Assembly (NCBI GenBank): GCA_040005235.1
Contig: JBDTZG010000009.1
Coordinates: 1-64,000 of the forward strand
Direction: 5' to 3'
Origin: Acidobacteriota bacterium
GTDB taxonomy: Bacteria; Acidobacteriota; Thermoanaerobaculia; Multivoradales; UBA5704
Length of the DNA stretch: 64,000 nucleotides
Each line of letters starts with the position of its first letter. Within the stretch, counting starts at the first letter, position 1. Under the pieces are notes generated by a model. It made no database searches and was not told where the DNA came from. It saw nothing but the letters and a program-made list of their open reading frames with translations. A program made the translations under genes and the position numbers. This document shows positions 9,001-18,800 of the stretch, piece by piece.

Positions 9001-11794
9001 GCAGATGGCGATGCGCCTCCGCCGGGCGGTCGCCCTCCCGGTGGGTCACGTAGGCGACCAGCCGCTTTTCTCCCGGCGGTTCGTCCCGCAGCACCACCAC
9101 CGCTTGACGGACGCCAGGACAGGCAGCGAGGGCCGCCTCGACCTCCCCCAGCTCGACCCGAAAACCGCGGATTTTCACCTGATGATCGACGCGGCCGAGA
9201 AACTCCAGGCCGCCGTCCGCCAGGTACCGGACCAGATCTCCGGTGCGGTACATTCGGGCTCCGGCGACTCCCGACCAGGGATCGGGCACGAACCGTTCCG
9301 CCGTCAGATCGGCCCGGCCGAGATAGCCTCGGGCCAGCCCCTCGCCGCCCACCCACAGCTCTCCGGCGGCGGTATCGAGAGCGAGAGAGCCGTCCGCCTC
9401 CACCACGTTTAAGCGGACATTGGGAATGGCACGCCCGATCGACGGACGAACCGCGTGCCAATCGACCCGGCCGACCGCCGCATCCACCGTGCATTCGGTC
9501 GGGCCGTAGACGTTCCAGAACGGCAACCCATCCACCCCCGCCAGCTCGGCCCACTGCGCCGGCTCGATCGCCTCGCCGCCGACCAGGAATCGACGCGGCA
9601 GCCGGTCCGCCCGCCTTTCAAACAGCCCCGCCGCCGCGAGCAGCCGAAGCTGCGAAGGCGTGCAGTCCAAGACGTCGAGCTGCTGCGCCAGGACGAACCG
9701 GAGCAGCTCTTCGCCATCCGGACGAATGTCGTCCGCCACCAGGCAAAGACCGTGACCGAACAGGAGCTGGACCCACTGTTTGACCGATGCGTCGAAGGTC
9801 AGCGGCGCGTTGACGCTCACCCGCAAGACCCGGCCGACGAGCTCGGCGTAGACCGTGTCTCGCAGCGCCCAGGCCAGATTCACCACCGACCGGTGCCGGA
9901 TCACCACCCCTTTGGGCCGGCCGGTCGAACCGGAGGTGAAGAGCACATAGGCAGCGTTGTCCGGCGACAGGCCGAGGATCAGGTTTGCAGAGGCCCGAGG
10001 CCCGAGCTGTGCGCCCGGCCTGAGCGCTTCCTCCAAGCTCAACACCCGCGCCGGGGTCGCCGGCAGGCGGTCGCGCAGACCCTCCTGGGCCAACAGCACC
10101 TTCATCCCCGCGTCCTGCACCATCGCCACCAGCCGCTCGCCGGGCTGGAGAGGATCGAGCGGCAGGTACGCCGCCCCCGCCTTGAGAATCCCGAGCAGTG
10201 CCACGATCTGATCGATCGAGCGTTCCATGCAGATCCCGACGAAAGACTCCGGGCCGATCCCTTGCTCGCGCAGGCAGTACGCCAAAAGGTTTGCCCGGTC
10301 GTTCAGCGTGCCGAAGCTCACGCAATCCGAGCCGAAACTCACCGCCAACGTATCGGGCGTGCGCTCGACCTGGCGTTCGAACAGAGCTTGGATGCTCTCC
10401 TCGCGGGGAAATTCCGCCGCCGTCGCGTTGCGCTCCACCAGGAGCAGGCGTCGCTCGGCCGCCGACATGATCGCGAGGTCCGCCACCGCTCGCCGGGGTG
10501 TTTCCAGCAGGCCCGCGATCAGGGTCTCATAGCGCTCCAGGAGCCTCTCGATCGTGGCTCGCGCGAACAGCTGCGGGGCGTAATGAAGCTCCAGATCCAA
10601 CCCGGAGGCGGACCGAGACACCGAGAGCCGGAGTTTGCAATAGCCGATGTTGACGAACCAGTGGCGCACCGAAAAGAGCACCGTTCCGGCCCTGCGCTCG
10701 CCCGTCCGTTGGGAGAAATCGAAGCCGATCGGAGCGGCAGCCCTGTCCGAGCCCGCGGTGCCCTCTTCCCAAGGGAAACACTCCTGCCAACCTTGGACCT
10801 CGGCGACGTGCCGCGCCACCCGTGCCGCAAAGCGGTCGAAGCCTTCCTCAGGGCGGATGCGCGTCGAGATCGGAAGGTAGCTGGCGAACATCCCCAGCCC
10901 CTGTTCCAGCTCCTCGAACTTACGGCCGTCGAAAAGGTTTTCGACCACCACATCGGTCCGGCGCGAAATGCGCGCCAACAGTGCCTGCCACGCGGCGAGC
11001 AGCCAGGAGGAGAGTGTCGACTCCGCCCGCTCGGCCTCGGAATCCAGGTCGCTCAAGGTCCGCGGCGGGAGATGCCGCGTCACAGATTCGACGGACAGAT
11101 CATCCAGCCGCAACTCCGCGGCATCCGGGGCATGGGCGACCTCCCCTTCCCCGGGGAGCACGATGGAAGCGTCCGTTGGTAGCGCCTGCTCACGCCAGAA
11201 CTGACGCCCCGCTTCGCTCTCCTCCAGGCTCCCCACTTCGTTCTGCCATTCCGAGAACTGGACGTACTGGACCGGCTCGTCCTCCGCCTCCTCGCCCGCT
11301 TCCGCAGCCGCCGCATAGGCCTGTGCGATCTCGTCCAACAGATTTTCAAGGCTCCGCGCATCGGAGCAGACCGCAGGCAGGCTCACCATCAGAGCCAGAC
11401 GATCGGCGGCGAGCAGGAAGAGCGTGAACCGGGCCAAAGGCGCGCGGTCGAAGTGGAACGGCAAGCACCCCTCGCGGCGAAAATGCGCTTCGATCTCGCG
11501 CCCTTGTTCTTCTTCGCCGTACGCCGTAAGGTCGATCTCCGGGCAATCGACGGCGACACTTTCGAGCACGACCTGCACGGGCAGGTCCATCCCGGGAAGA
11601 CTTTCGAAGAGGGTCCGCAAGATTTCGTGACGGCGAACGACCTTCCCCAGGGCCTCGCGCACCTCCCGCCGGCCCGGAGATCCGGACAGCAGGACCACGC
11701 ACTGCGCCCGGAACGCCAGACTGCGCCGCTGCCGGCCCCACAACAGTCTCTGTTGAGGCGACAGGCGAAACCCTTCGATGATTTCTCCCGGCAT
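1..11794 (-). CDS. NRPS, 3'-truncated, >3900 aa: I-A(Glu; FkbM-MT insert)-T-C-A(Dab)-T-C-A(unknown, Hpg-like code)-T-C...
   Basis: Hand translation from ATG 11794 (GGAG upstream) gives [19 protein letters not shown]...LPAVCSD (I domain). A codes read DAKDLGVVDK, DIWEITADDK and DIFHFGLIIK. The MT motif VFDVGANIG is near 8860-8885. GGHS T motifs lie near 7870, 4650 and 1475, and HHIVSD/HHIVGDG C motifs near 7280, 4060 and 885. Absence from the ORF track fits a frame open to the edge. Confidence 0.93.
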   Translation of the reverse strand, partial: MPGEIIEGFRLSPQQRLLWGRQRRSLAFRAQCVVLLSGSPGRREVREALGKVVRRHEILRTLFESLPGMDLPVQVVLESVAVDCPEIDLTAYGEEEQGREIEAHFRREGCLPFHFDRAPLARFTLFLLAADRLALMVSLPAVCSDARSLENLLDEIAQAYAAAAEAGEEAEDEPVQYVQFSEWQNEVGSLEESEAGRQFWREQALPTDASIVLPGEGEVAHAPDAAELRLDDLSVESVTRHLPPRTLSDLDSEAERAESTLSSWLLAAWQALLARISRRTDVVVENLFDGRKFEELEQGLGMFASYLPISTRIRPEEGFDRFAARVARHVAEVQGWQECFPWEEGTAGSDRAAAPIGFDFSQRTGERRAGTVLFSVRHWFVNIGYCKLRLSVSRSASGLDLELHYAPQLFARATIERLLERYETLIAGLLETPRRAVADLAIMSAAERRLLLVERNATAAEFPREESIQALFERQVERTPDTLAVSFGSDCVSFGTLNDRANLLAYCLREQGIGPESFVGICMERSIDQIVALLGILKAGAAYLPLDPLQPGERLVAMVQDAGMKVLLAQEGLRDRLPATPARVLSLEEALRPGAQLGPRASANLILGLSPDNAAYVLFTSGSTGRPKGVVIRHRSVVNLAWALRDTVYAELVGRVLRVSVNAPLTFDASVKQWVQLLFGHGLCLVADDIRPDGEELLRFVLAQQLDVLDCTPSQLRLLAAAGLFERRADRLPRRFLVGGEAIEPAQWAELAGVDGLPFWNVYGPTECTVDAAVGRVDWHAVRPSIGRAIPNVRLNVVEADGSLALDTAAGELWVGGEGLARGYLGRADLTAERFVPDPWSGVAGARMYRTGDLVRYLADGGLEFLGRVDHQVKIRGFRVELGEVEAALAACPGVRQAVVVLRDEPPGEKRLVAYVTHREGDRPAEAHRHLLPNGMAVFHQNRNETEYLYEEIFRKEAYFQHGIALPENACVFDVGANIGMFTLFVARSCPTARIYAFEPIGPIFAALEGNANLYGPEEVHLFRHGLAQKEQTAQFTYYPRYTMMSGLAGYAVPEDEVEVVKRFLRNEEERGSSDAAALLAEADELLAGRFQSEVEECRLRRLSDVIREEGVERIDLLKVDVQRAEMDVLAGLDAADWAKVAQVVMEVHDAPGTESEGRCRDLLGLLEGHGFEVVIEQDELLVGTDRFNLFARRAGLRFVPSPPALAPLPVFTSGPAQASPAELREQLRKRLPEYMVPAVVVLLDRFPLNRNGKVDRAALPVPEEVSGQAIDGLVAPRNPFEEVLAGLWADLLGLDRIGTDQGFFDLGGHSLLATQLMSRVREAFRIEIPLRTLFEEPTVAGLAARIEQSMRAGEGLQAPPVVPVARDRDLPLSFAQQRLWFLHQLEPDSAFYNNPLALRLRGPLNRAALAATLAEIVRRHEILRTRFAATGGRPSQVVLGAPRPRLPLVDLRRLPTESREETARRLAAEEAARPFDLSAGPLVRNLLLRIDEIEHALLLSFHHIVSDAWSLGILAQEASALYAAVRAGSPSPLVDLPVQYVDFAVWQRDWLSGEVLAAELGYWRERLAGLPAILELPTDHPRPAVQTYRGSQRPILFSAELASALVGVGRGDGATLFMTLLAGLQALLGRYARQDDIAVGSPIAGRNRLETEGLIGFFVNTLVLRGRLGTVSSFRQLLAQAREELLGAYAHQDLPFEKLVDELQPERSLAYSPLFQVMFSFQSVEPGGLELPCLEIEPLGFAGQNVKFDLELLIAEERGALRGALDFNTALFEPATAERLARHLVNLLTSAADGPDRRLAELPLLDAEERRQILAEGDQAPTEMAFERPFHQLFRIVAGDIPEAIAVTCGEVCLSYGELDRRANGLAVELAEEGLAPGGLVALLADRGLDFAIAMLAAFKADAAYVPLDPLYPPHRLRQVLEQSAAPYLLTASAYLGGADEAAQRLAKRPRILPLEALISRRPDEAPPAGEALPEQLAYVIFTSGSTGLPKGAMLHQRGMLNHLRAKVCDLDLRAADVVAQTATQTFDISVWQFLAVLLVGGRVEIFPAETAQDPARLLDGLMSTGVTILETVPSLLGYLLEEVATRGERPAIDALRWLIPTGEALLPDLCRRWLAAYPEIPLLNAYGPTECSDDVTHHTVALPPPAGEVRVPIGRPVLGTRLYVLDRPLGLVPPAVAGELFVGGAGVGRGYLGDPGRTAEVFFPDPFAVEPGARLYRTGDLVRRLPDGGLDFLGRIDRQVKIRGFRIELGEIEAVLATFPGAQEVAVLARADGGGELRLVAYVAPAAGASVAAEGLQAALRERLPEYMVPSSFVFLERFPLLASGKLDRHSLPAPDDSAVGRMASVAPRTPIEELLGMVWSDLLDRGPIGVHDNFFELGGHSLLATQVVSRIRKAFGVELPLRSVFEAATLSELAGRIEAARQAGNAPKHPPLRPAPRDRALPLSFAQQRLWFLDRLAPGGAAYNIPVALRLQGTLDIAALAGTLTAVVARHEALRTTFSLAATGSPVQVIHAAAPVALPVGDLSGLPATERARAVSFQVDREARLPFDLAQDSLVRTRLLRIDPATHILLFTMHHIVSDAWSIGVLVREVATSYGALSAGRLVPLPALEVQYADFAEWQRSWLHGPALEAELSFWRQALSDAPPLLELRTDRPRPTVRSGRGAIERFALPEATAAGLRRVGQEGGATLFMTLLGCYAVLLASHTGQQDLVIGTPIAGRNHGETEKLIGFFVNTLALRVNLESLANFSDLQARVRDVSLDAHEHQDLPFEKLVDELRPERSLGHDPLFQTLFAFERRERGQELRLAGLEIGVMTTESGSAKFDLALSLTESGDQLFGSFQYSTDLFDATTIRRFSSHLTRLLAGIAVDSQGPLAAFPMLGEGERHQLVFEWRGRVPEPEGESDPARLFAIQAERTPGGIALVCGETEVSYDDLDLRANRLAQALRRIGAGPDVTVALRLERTPDLVAAILAVLKAGAAYLPLDPALPDERTRLLLRDSRARILVTEERLGEIAGHPLITLALDRDRDAIERESGDSPVSGVRAHHPAYLIYTSGSTGTPKAVVVERGNLASVLLASRETFGWRAEDRMPCLAPFSFDIFLFELFGPLLSGGTSVLFPLRPTLDLIDLAERLGEMTALHAVPALLRQVVDEARRRGDAHPGLRIVFVGGDAVPADLLADLPAVFPCAQIHVLYGPTEATIICSSHPVPAGASRPLLGRPLAGAELELRDTSGNLVPIGVVGEIWIGGPGVSRGYLGREDLTREKFVAVDGERFYRSGDLAVRLPDGQLEFLGRADQQVKVRGFRIELGEIEATLASHPRVSQALVLAQDDRAGTRRLVAWFAAVGADAGLAAELREEARRRLPEYMVPSVFVAMEALPLTVHGKVDRRALPDPEAGRVDLRADFEAPRSPVEELIAAVWCELLGLERVGRRDRFFELGGHSLLAMQMVSRLRQPLEVEIPLRDLFEAPALAAFAARVEDALQSGAERLAPPLVPMLRQGPLPLSFAQQRLWFLDRLAPGNPYYNLPIALRVEGPLRADVLARSLSEIVRRHEALRTLFEVREHSPVQVIRAAEPFALAVVDLSGLPKAAREGLALLLAGQEAVRPFDLARGPLLRGVLVASARDDHAVVLSLHHIVGDGWSMGILVREVTALYSAFADGLPSPLPELAVQYADFSTWQHAWLRGALLESEIAFWRRQLEGLPPRLELPTDRPRPPVQTFRGAARPMRLSADLTDRIKVLSRREGSTLFMLLLAGFQALLARYSGQDDLAIGVPVAGRNRLEIEGLIGFFVNTLVMRGDLTGGPSFRELLCRVRETALAAHLHQDVPFERLVQELAPERNLASTPLFQVVFVLGNAPAQALEIPDLRIRPMGTAETTAKFDLTMSLEEWSGGIAGAVKHSTDLFDGATVDRLIGHFERLLGAAVTAPDQPA

Positions 11795-11835
11795 TTACCG
11801 CTCCCCTCGGTGATGCTGCTAAGGATCCCCGCGAC

Positions 11836-12876
11836 CTACGCGATCTCGGTGCTGGTGTATAGGTTCGCCATGGCGACCAGGATCTTTCGTGGGCCGGAGA
11901 ACGGCTCGCGACCATGGGAAACCAGGAAGTTGTCCACCAGCAGCATGTCGCCCTGCTGCCAAGCGAAACGGCAGGCGGCCGCTTCGTAGACTCCCCGAAT
12001 CTCCGCCAGGATCGAGTCCTCGATCGGCGAACCGTCGCCGTAAAACGAGTTGCGCGGTAGCTCGTCGCCTTGAAATTCGGACAGCAGAGCCTCACGTACT
12101 TCGGCCGGTAGGTTCGACTGGTGGAACATGTGTGCGTGATTGAACCAGAGCGTCTCACCCGTCCGTGGATGAACGGCGTAGACCTGCCGTACGGTGCGCG
12201 TCCTCAGCCGGTCGCTGCTGCGCCATTCCACCTCCATTTGCGCCGTGCGGCAGTACTCTTCCACCACGCTCCGATCCGTGGTCTGGAATGCGTCCTGCCA
12301 AGAGAGATCGACGCCTTCGCCATAGTTCCTGACGTACATCACCCGCTTCTCGCGAAACCGTTTCTGAACCTCCGGGTCGATCAGGTGGATGACCTTGCGA
12401 TCGTCGACGATCGGGGTTCGACCGCCTTCTACCGCCGGCTGGGCGCAGTGAAACCAGATCTGGGTCGGCCAGTTGTGGGAATAGGACATCTCATGATGCA
12501 TCGGGATCGACTGATCGGCGGGAAACTCGGTCGAGGTATAGACACCTTTCTGCACCTGGATGCGCGGCGCCGCACGCTCCTGATAGTCCAGAAGATCCCC
12601 GGAAATCGTCCTCGCGATCTCCTTGAACTGCTCGGCAGATTCGACTTTGAAGCCGCGGAACAGGATCGCACCGTGCTCCAGCAGCTTGAGGTCGATCAGC
12701 TCGCGGTTGCTCTCGCCCCAGGTCATCAGGTTCAGACCCTCTGTGTTTGGCTCGATCACGGCGAAACGCTCCTGAGGGTCGAGCGAGCTCTGCCGAACGA
12801 TCTCGTCCTGGCTGAGCCGGACGGTCTGTCTCTTGGTGGCTTTGAATCGGTTGAACGGACTGCTCGGGTCACTCAT
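11836..12876 (-). CDS. TauD/TfdA (SyrP-like) Fe(II)/2-oxoglutarate dioxygenase, probable aminoacyl-T beta-hydroxylase
   Basis: 346 aa with [29 protein letters not shown] (HxE), GGRTP, WFNHAHMFH and WQQGDMLLVDNFLVSHGREPFSGPRKILVAM. It lies directly upstream of an I-domain NRPS. Confidence 0.92.
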   Translation of the reverse strand: MSDPSSPFNRFKATKRQTVRLSQDEIVRQSSLDPQERFAVIEPNTEGLNLMTWGESNRELIDLKLLEHGAILFRGFKVESAEQFKEIARTISGDLLDYQERAAPRIQVQKGVYTSTEFPADQSIPMHHEMSYSHNWPTQIWFHCAQPAVEGGRTPIVDDRKVIHLIDPEVQKRFREKRVMYVRNYGEGVDLSWQDAFQTTDRSVVEEYCRTAQMEVEWRSSDRLRTRTVRQVYAVHPRTGETLWFNHAHMFHQSNLPAEVREALLSEFQGDELPRNSFYGDGSPIEDSILAEIRGVYEAAACRFAWQQGDMLLVDNFLVSHGREPFSGPRKILVAMANLYTSTEIA

Positions 12877-15800
12877 GCCCTACCTCCGGCCTCATCACCC
12901 CTTTGGGCTTGAAGCTCTTGAATTTCTCGTAGCTCGCCGCGCGCCCGATCGCCTCTTCTTTGGCGCGCCGCTCTTTCTCGTCATCGCTATGCATTTCCAG
13001 CGCATCGACCGCGGTATCCGGTTGGGCGACGATGCTCTCCAGCAGGGTCCGGAAACGGCTGTTCATCCTCTCGATGGTCGCCGACGCGAAAAGATCGGAG
13101 CGCCAGGTCCAGGCCGCGCGGAGCCCCGCCGGCTCCTCGGACATCCACAAGGTGAGGTCGAAGCGGACCGTCTCGGTAGCGGCCGAAACCGGGCGCAGGG
13201 AGAGACCCGAGACCTCGTGCGACTCCATGTCCAGGTTGCGCAGGCCGAAAGCGACCTGGAAGATCGGCGCTTCCCCGCTCTGTCGATCCGGCTGAAGCTC
13301 CTCGACCAGCTTGTCGAACGGCAGCTCCTGGTGCGCGAAGGCACCCAACGAAATCTCCCGAACCTGGCGCAAGAGATTCCGGAAGGTGGAGGTTGGAGAG
13401 ATCCGCACCCGCAGCGGCAGCATGTTGATGAAGAATCCGATCAGCGGCTCGGTCTCAACCCGATCACGGCCGGCGATGGCGGTGCCCACGACCAGGTCTT
13501 CCTGCGCCGTTGTGCGAAACAGGAGCACGTCGAACGCCGCGAGCAGGGTCATGAAGAGGGTCGTTCCCTCACGCCGACTGAGCGCATGCAGGTCGCGCGT
13601 CAGCTCTAGGGGCAGGGTGAAAACCGTTCGCTCGCCGCGAAACGAACGGGCGTTGGCCCGCGGGTGATCGGTCGGCAGGGCTAAGATGGGCAGCTCGCCG
13701 GCCAGCTGCTCCCGCCAATACGAGAGCAGGGCTTCCAGGACGTCCCCGGCCAGCCAACCGCGCTGCCAGGCCGAATAGTCGGCGTACTGGACCGGCAGCT
13801 CCGGAAGCGGCGAGGCGAGACCTTCCGAGAACGCCCCGACCAATGCGGCGATCTCGCCGAGCAGAATGCCCATGGACCATTCGTCCGCCGCGACGTGGTG
13901 CAGGGTGAACAGGCCGAGGTGGTCCTCGGCGGCGACTCGCAAGAGGGACCACCGGACCGGCAGGCCGTCTCGCAAGTCGAAGGGCCTGCGCGCTTCCTGC
14001 TCCACCTGGCGGCTCGCCTCGCGTTCCCGCACCGCCGAAGGCAGCGACCCCAGGTCTACCAGGGGCAGCGGGAAGGGCTCCGCCGGAGCGATCACCTGCG
14101 TCGGTTGCCCACCGATCGTTGCAAACGAGGTGCGCAAGACTTCGTGTCGCCGCGTCACTTCGTTCACCGCTCGCGCCAGGTGCCCCACGTCGAGCCGCCC
14201 GGAGATCCTCACCGCCTGCGGGATGTTGTAGAACGGGCTCCCCGGCTCCAACTGGTCGAGAAACCAGAGCCTCTGCTGGGCAAAAGAGAGCGGTAGCGAA
14301 CGGTCGCGCGAGGTCGGCCCGATCGCCGGGGCGGCGATGCCGCAACTCTCTTTGCGCAGCTCGTCGATGCGTTCGCTCAGCTCGGCCACGGTCGCCGCCT
14401 CGAAGAACGTCCGGAGCGGCAGGTCCACGTCGAGAACCAGCCGCAGACGCGAGAGCGCCCGGGTCGCCAAGAGCGAATGCCCTCCCAGATCGAAGAAATT
14501 GTCGCCGCGTCCGACTCGGACGAGGCCCAACAGTTCGCACCAGATTCCGCCCACCAGTTCCTCGGTGGGGGTACGAGGAGCGGTGAAAGGCGTTCCGTCG
14601 CGCGCGCCGGCCGCCTCCGGCAGCTCGATCCGAGCGAGCGCTTTTCGGTCCAATTTGCCGCTCGTGGTGAGCGGCAGGCTCGCCAGCGCGACGAATACGG
14701 AAGGCACCATGTAGACGGGCAGCCGCGCGGTGAGCGCCGCAGCGAGGTCGCCCGGGGCGATCTCCGCGCCTTCCGCCGGGACGAAGTAGGCGACCAAAAA
14801 ACGGTTTCCGACCGCTTCACCGATCGCCGACACGGCGCTCTCCCGGACCTGAGGAAGGCGATTCAAGGCGGTCTCGATCTCCCCCAGCTCGATCCGGAAA
14901 CCCCGCACCTTCACCTGATGGTCGATGCGTCCCAGGAAATCCAGCTTGCCGGAACGGAGCCGGCGCGCAAGGTCGCCGGTTCGGTAGAGCCGCGCTCCAG
15001 ACTCGCCGCCGAACGGATCGGGAACGAACGACCGCGCGGTGGACGACGGCTCGCCGAGATAACCGCGCCCCACGCCGACCCCGCCGACCACCAGCTCTCC
15101 GGGAACGCCGATCGGAACGATCTCGAACCGATCCAAAACGTAGATTCTGGTATTTGCGACCGGCAGTCCGATCGGCACGCGCACGACCTCCTCGTCCGGC
15201 GCCGAGCGGATCGGCTCGTGGGTCACGTCATCCGAGCATTCGGTAGGGCCGTAGGCGTTGAGGATGGGAGTCCGAGGATAGCTCGCAAGCCACTGGCGGC
15301 ACAGCTCGGGAGCCAACGCCTCTCCGGTAGGGATCAGCCAGCGCAACGCGGCAAAGACAGGCCGTCGTTGCTCGCGGCTTTCGAGCTCGACGAGCAGGGC
15401 GTGGAGCAGCGACGGTACCGTCTCCAGAATGCTCACCCCGCAAGCTTCGACCGCATCCGCCAAACGGGACGGATCGTGCGACACCTCGTCGGGAAAGATC
15501 TCCACCCGACCGCCGACCAGGGAGGCGGCGAGGAACTGCCAGATCGAGATGTCGAAGGTCTGGGCAGCGGTCTGGGCTACCGCATCCTCCGGCCCCAACT
15601 CAAGATCGACGATCTTGGCGAAGAGGTGGTTGACCATCCCTCGCTGCTCGACCATCACCCCCTTGGGCACACCGGTCGAGCCGGAGGTGAAGAGGATGTA
15701 GGCCATCTCCGATACGCCGCCGATTCCGCCGGCAGGACTGTTCTCCGCAGGGAGGGCGAGCAGATCCTCGATCGTCAACAAAACGGCCCGGCCATCCAAA

Positions 15801-18800
15801 GGAAGCCCGTCGAGCGCGCTTTCGGCGACGGTGCGCAAGCCCTCGGCGGCGAGCAGAACCTCCGCGCTCCCGCGCGAGAGGATCGCGGCCAGGCGTTCTG
15901 GAGGATGCAGCGGATCCAGGGGCAAATAGACGCAACCGGCCTTCCAGATGGCCAGCATGCAGGCGTGGAAATCGAGGCCGCGATCAGCGAGCAGCGCCAC
16001 CAACCGCTCCGGTCGGGCACCGGAAGCGGCGAGCCGGCCGGCGAGCCGGTTCGACACCTCTTCCAGCTCGGCATAGGTTCTGCGGGAGGTCCCGCAGACC
16101 GCCGCCACAGCCCCCGGAGTCCTCCGCGCCTGGTCGCGGAACAGCTCGTGGAACGGCCGGCCGGAAGGGAAGTCCCGCTCCGTTCGGTTCCAGCCCCGGA
16201 GCAGCTGTTCGCGCTCCCCGGGCACGAGCAGCGGCAGCTCCGCCACCGGCAACTCGCTCCCGTCGGCGATCCCCGCAAGCAGCGCTTCGAAATGGCGCAG
16301 CAAGCGCTCCACGGTCACCGCATCGAACAGGTCGGTGCTGTACTCGATCGATCCGACCAGCGCGCCCTCGGCTTCCGCGAGATTCAAGGTCAGATCGAGG
16401 TTGGACTTGGTGTGCTCGCGCGGCATGCCTTCGATCCGAAGTCCCGGCAGCTCCGAAGCGACCTGCGGCGTGTTCTGCAGGATGAGCATGACTTGATAGA
16501 GCGGTGAATGGCTCAGGCTGCGCTCCGGCCGCAGTTCTTCCACCAGCAGTTCGAAAGGCACGTCCTGGTGGGCATAGGCCCCGAGGGTCGTCTCCCGGAC
16601 CCGGCCGAGCAGCTCGCGGAAACGGGGATTGCCGGAAAGGTCGCCGCGCAACACCAGAGCGTTCAGCAGCAGACCGACCAGACCCTCCGTCTCCAACCGG
16701 TTGCGGCCGGCCACCGGCGTACCGACGCAGACCTCCAGCCGGCCCGAAGTGCGGCCGAGCACGATCTGGAACGCCGCGAGCAGAGTCATGAACGGCGTGA
16801 CCCCCTCCTCGCCGCCCAACCTCTTGAGGCGCCGGGTGAGATCCACCGGCAACGCCACCGGTAGCGCCGCTCCGCGGCTCCCCTGCATCGCCGGACGAAT
16901 CCGGTCGGTCGGCAGCTCGATCACCTGCGGCGCCCCGGCCAAATTCTCGCGCCAGTAGGCCAGCTGGCCCTCCAAGACCTCGCCTTCCAGCCACCGCCGC
17001 TGCCAATGCGCGTAGTCGGCATACTGGATCGCCAAATCGGCGAGCGGGGAGGGCCGGCCCGCCAGAAACGCGCCGTACAACGCGACCACGTCGTGCACCA
17101 GAATCGCCAGCGACCAGCCGTCGGCGATCGCATGGTGCAAGGTCAAGAGCAGGACATGATCGTCCGGCTCCGACCGGAGCAGTGCGAAACGGAGCAGCGG
17201 ACCGGTCTGCAGCGCAAAGGGGGCGTCCGCCACCCGGCGCGCGAGACGTCGGATCTCATCGCTCCGCATCGTCTCCGGGACCGCTTCGAGGTCGAGACAC
17301 GGCAACCGGACCGGGGAGGCAGGAGCGATCTCCTGGACCGGCTGCCCTTCCGTTGCGGGGAACGAGGTGCGCAGCCCCTCGTGGCGCCGCACCAACTCGC
17401 CGAGACTGCTCTCGAGCACCGCGGGGGCGAGGCGGCCGAGGAGACGCAAGGACAACGCGATGTTGTAGGCCGGGCTCTCGGGCTCCAGTTGATGGAGAAA
17501 CCAGAGCCGCTGTTGAGCAAACGACAGCGGCAACGGCGCCGCGCGCGAAACCGGTTCGATCGGCGGTGCCTCGCTCCGGTCGTCTCCCGCCAGCCCCTGT
17601 TCGACCCGGGCGGCAAACTCCCCGAGCGTAGGACCTTCGAAGAGCACCCGCAGAGGCACTTCCAGACCGAAGATCTTGCGCACCCGGGAGATCACCTGGG
17701 TGGCGAGCAGGGAGTGGCCGCCCAGGGCGAAAAAATGGTCGTGCGCGCCCGGTCGGGCAACCCCGAGAACCTCTTGCCAGATGTCGGCGAGAATCTCCTC
17801 GACCGGGCTGCGCGGGGCGACCGCGCTCTCCTCGGCCGGTTCGGAGGGGATCGGCAATGCGCGGCGATCCACCTTGCCGCCGGCCGTGCGCGGCAAGGAC
17901 TCCAGGAAGACGAACCCGGCCGGCACCATATGCTCCGGCAGGCTGCGGGCGAGAAAGCTCCGAAGCTCTCCTGCCTGCGGCGCGGCGTTCGGTCCGTGGG
18001 CAAGATAGGCGACCAACCGGGAACCGCCGCCACCTGCCGTTGGTGCTTCCAGTACGCGCACGACAGCCCCTTGCACGGCCGGGTGCCGGCTAAGGACGGA
18101 CTCGATTTCTCCCGGCTCGATCCTGAAGCCTCGCACCTTGACCTGCTGGTCGGCACGTCCGAGATACTCCAGTGCGCCGTCCGGCCGTTGCCGCACCCGG
18201 TCGCCGGTATCGTAGAGCCGCTCTCCGGCAACGCCGCTCAAGGGATCCGGCACGAAGCGCTCCGCGGTCAACCCGGCGGAGCGTAGGTACCCCCGCGCCA
18301 GCCCGACCCCTCCGACATGGAGAACCCCGACCGCTCCGGCCGGCACGGGGCGCCTCTCGGGGCCGAGCACCCAGGTCCTGACGTTGTCGAGCGGACGGCC
18401 GATCGGGATCTGCTCCTGGCCGAGAGCACAGATCCACGACGTGGCGTCGATCGCGACCTCGGTCGGCCCGTAGAGATTGCAGAGTTCGACCCCGGGCAAT
18501 CGCTCGAAGAACCGAGAGACCAGGGCCGGCGCGAGGGCTTCGCCGCCGCAAAACATGCGGCGCAGGCCGCTCGCCTTCTCCTCGACGCCGGGCTCCTGGA
18601 GTAAGACTCCCAGCATCGAGGGGACGAGCTGGAGGACGGTCACGGATCGGTCCGCAACGGCGCGCAGGAGGTACGAGGCGTCCCGGTGGCCGCCGGCCTC
18701 GGCGAGGAACAGCCGTGCGCCCCCAAGCAGCGGGACGAAGATCTCCCAAACCGAAGCGTCGAAGACGAACGGCGTCTTTTGCAGCAGGCAGTCGCCCGAA

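Noticed and set aside
574-11361. Short minus-strand ORFs suggesting a fragmented or pseudogenised region
   Set aside because: They are off-frame Arg/Gly/Ala-rich artefacts. The real frame from 11794 carries NRPS motifs through to the edge and is missing from the track only because it has no stop.
13875-13903. HHVAADE variant in a terminal C domain
   Set aside because: The catalytic His and Asp are intact, and variation at the Gly position is common (DA and DF occur elsewhere in this cluster).
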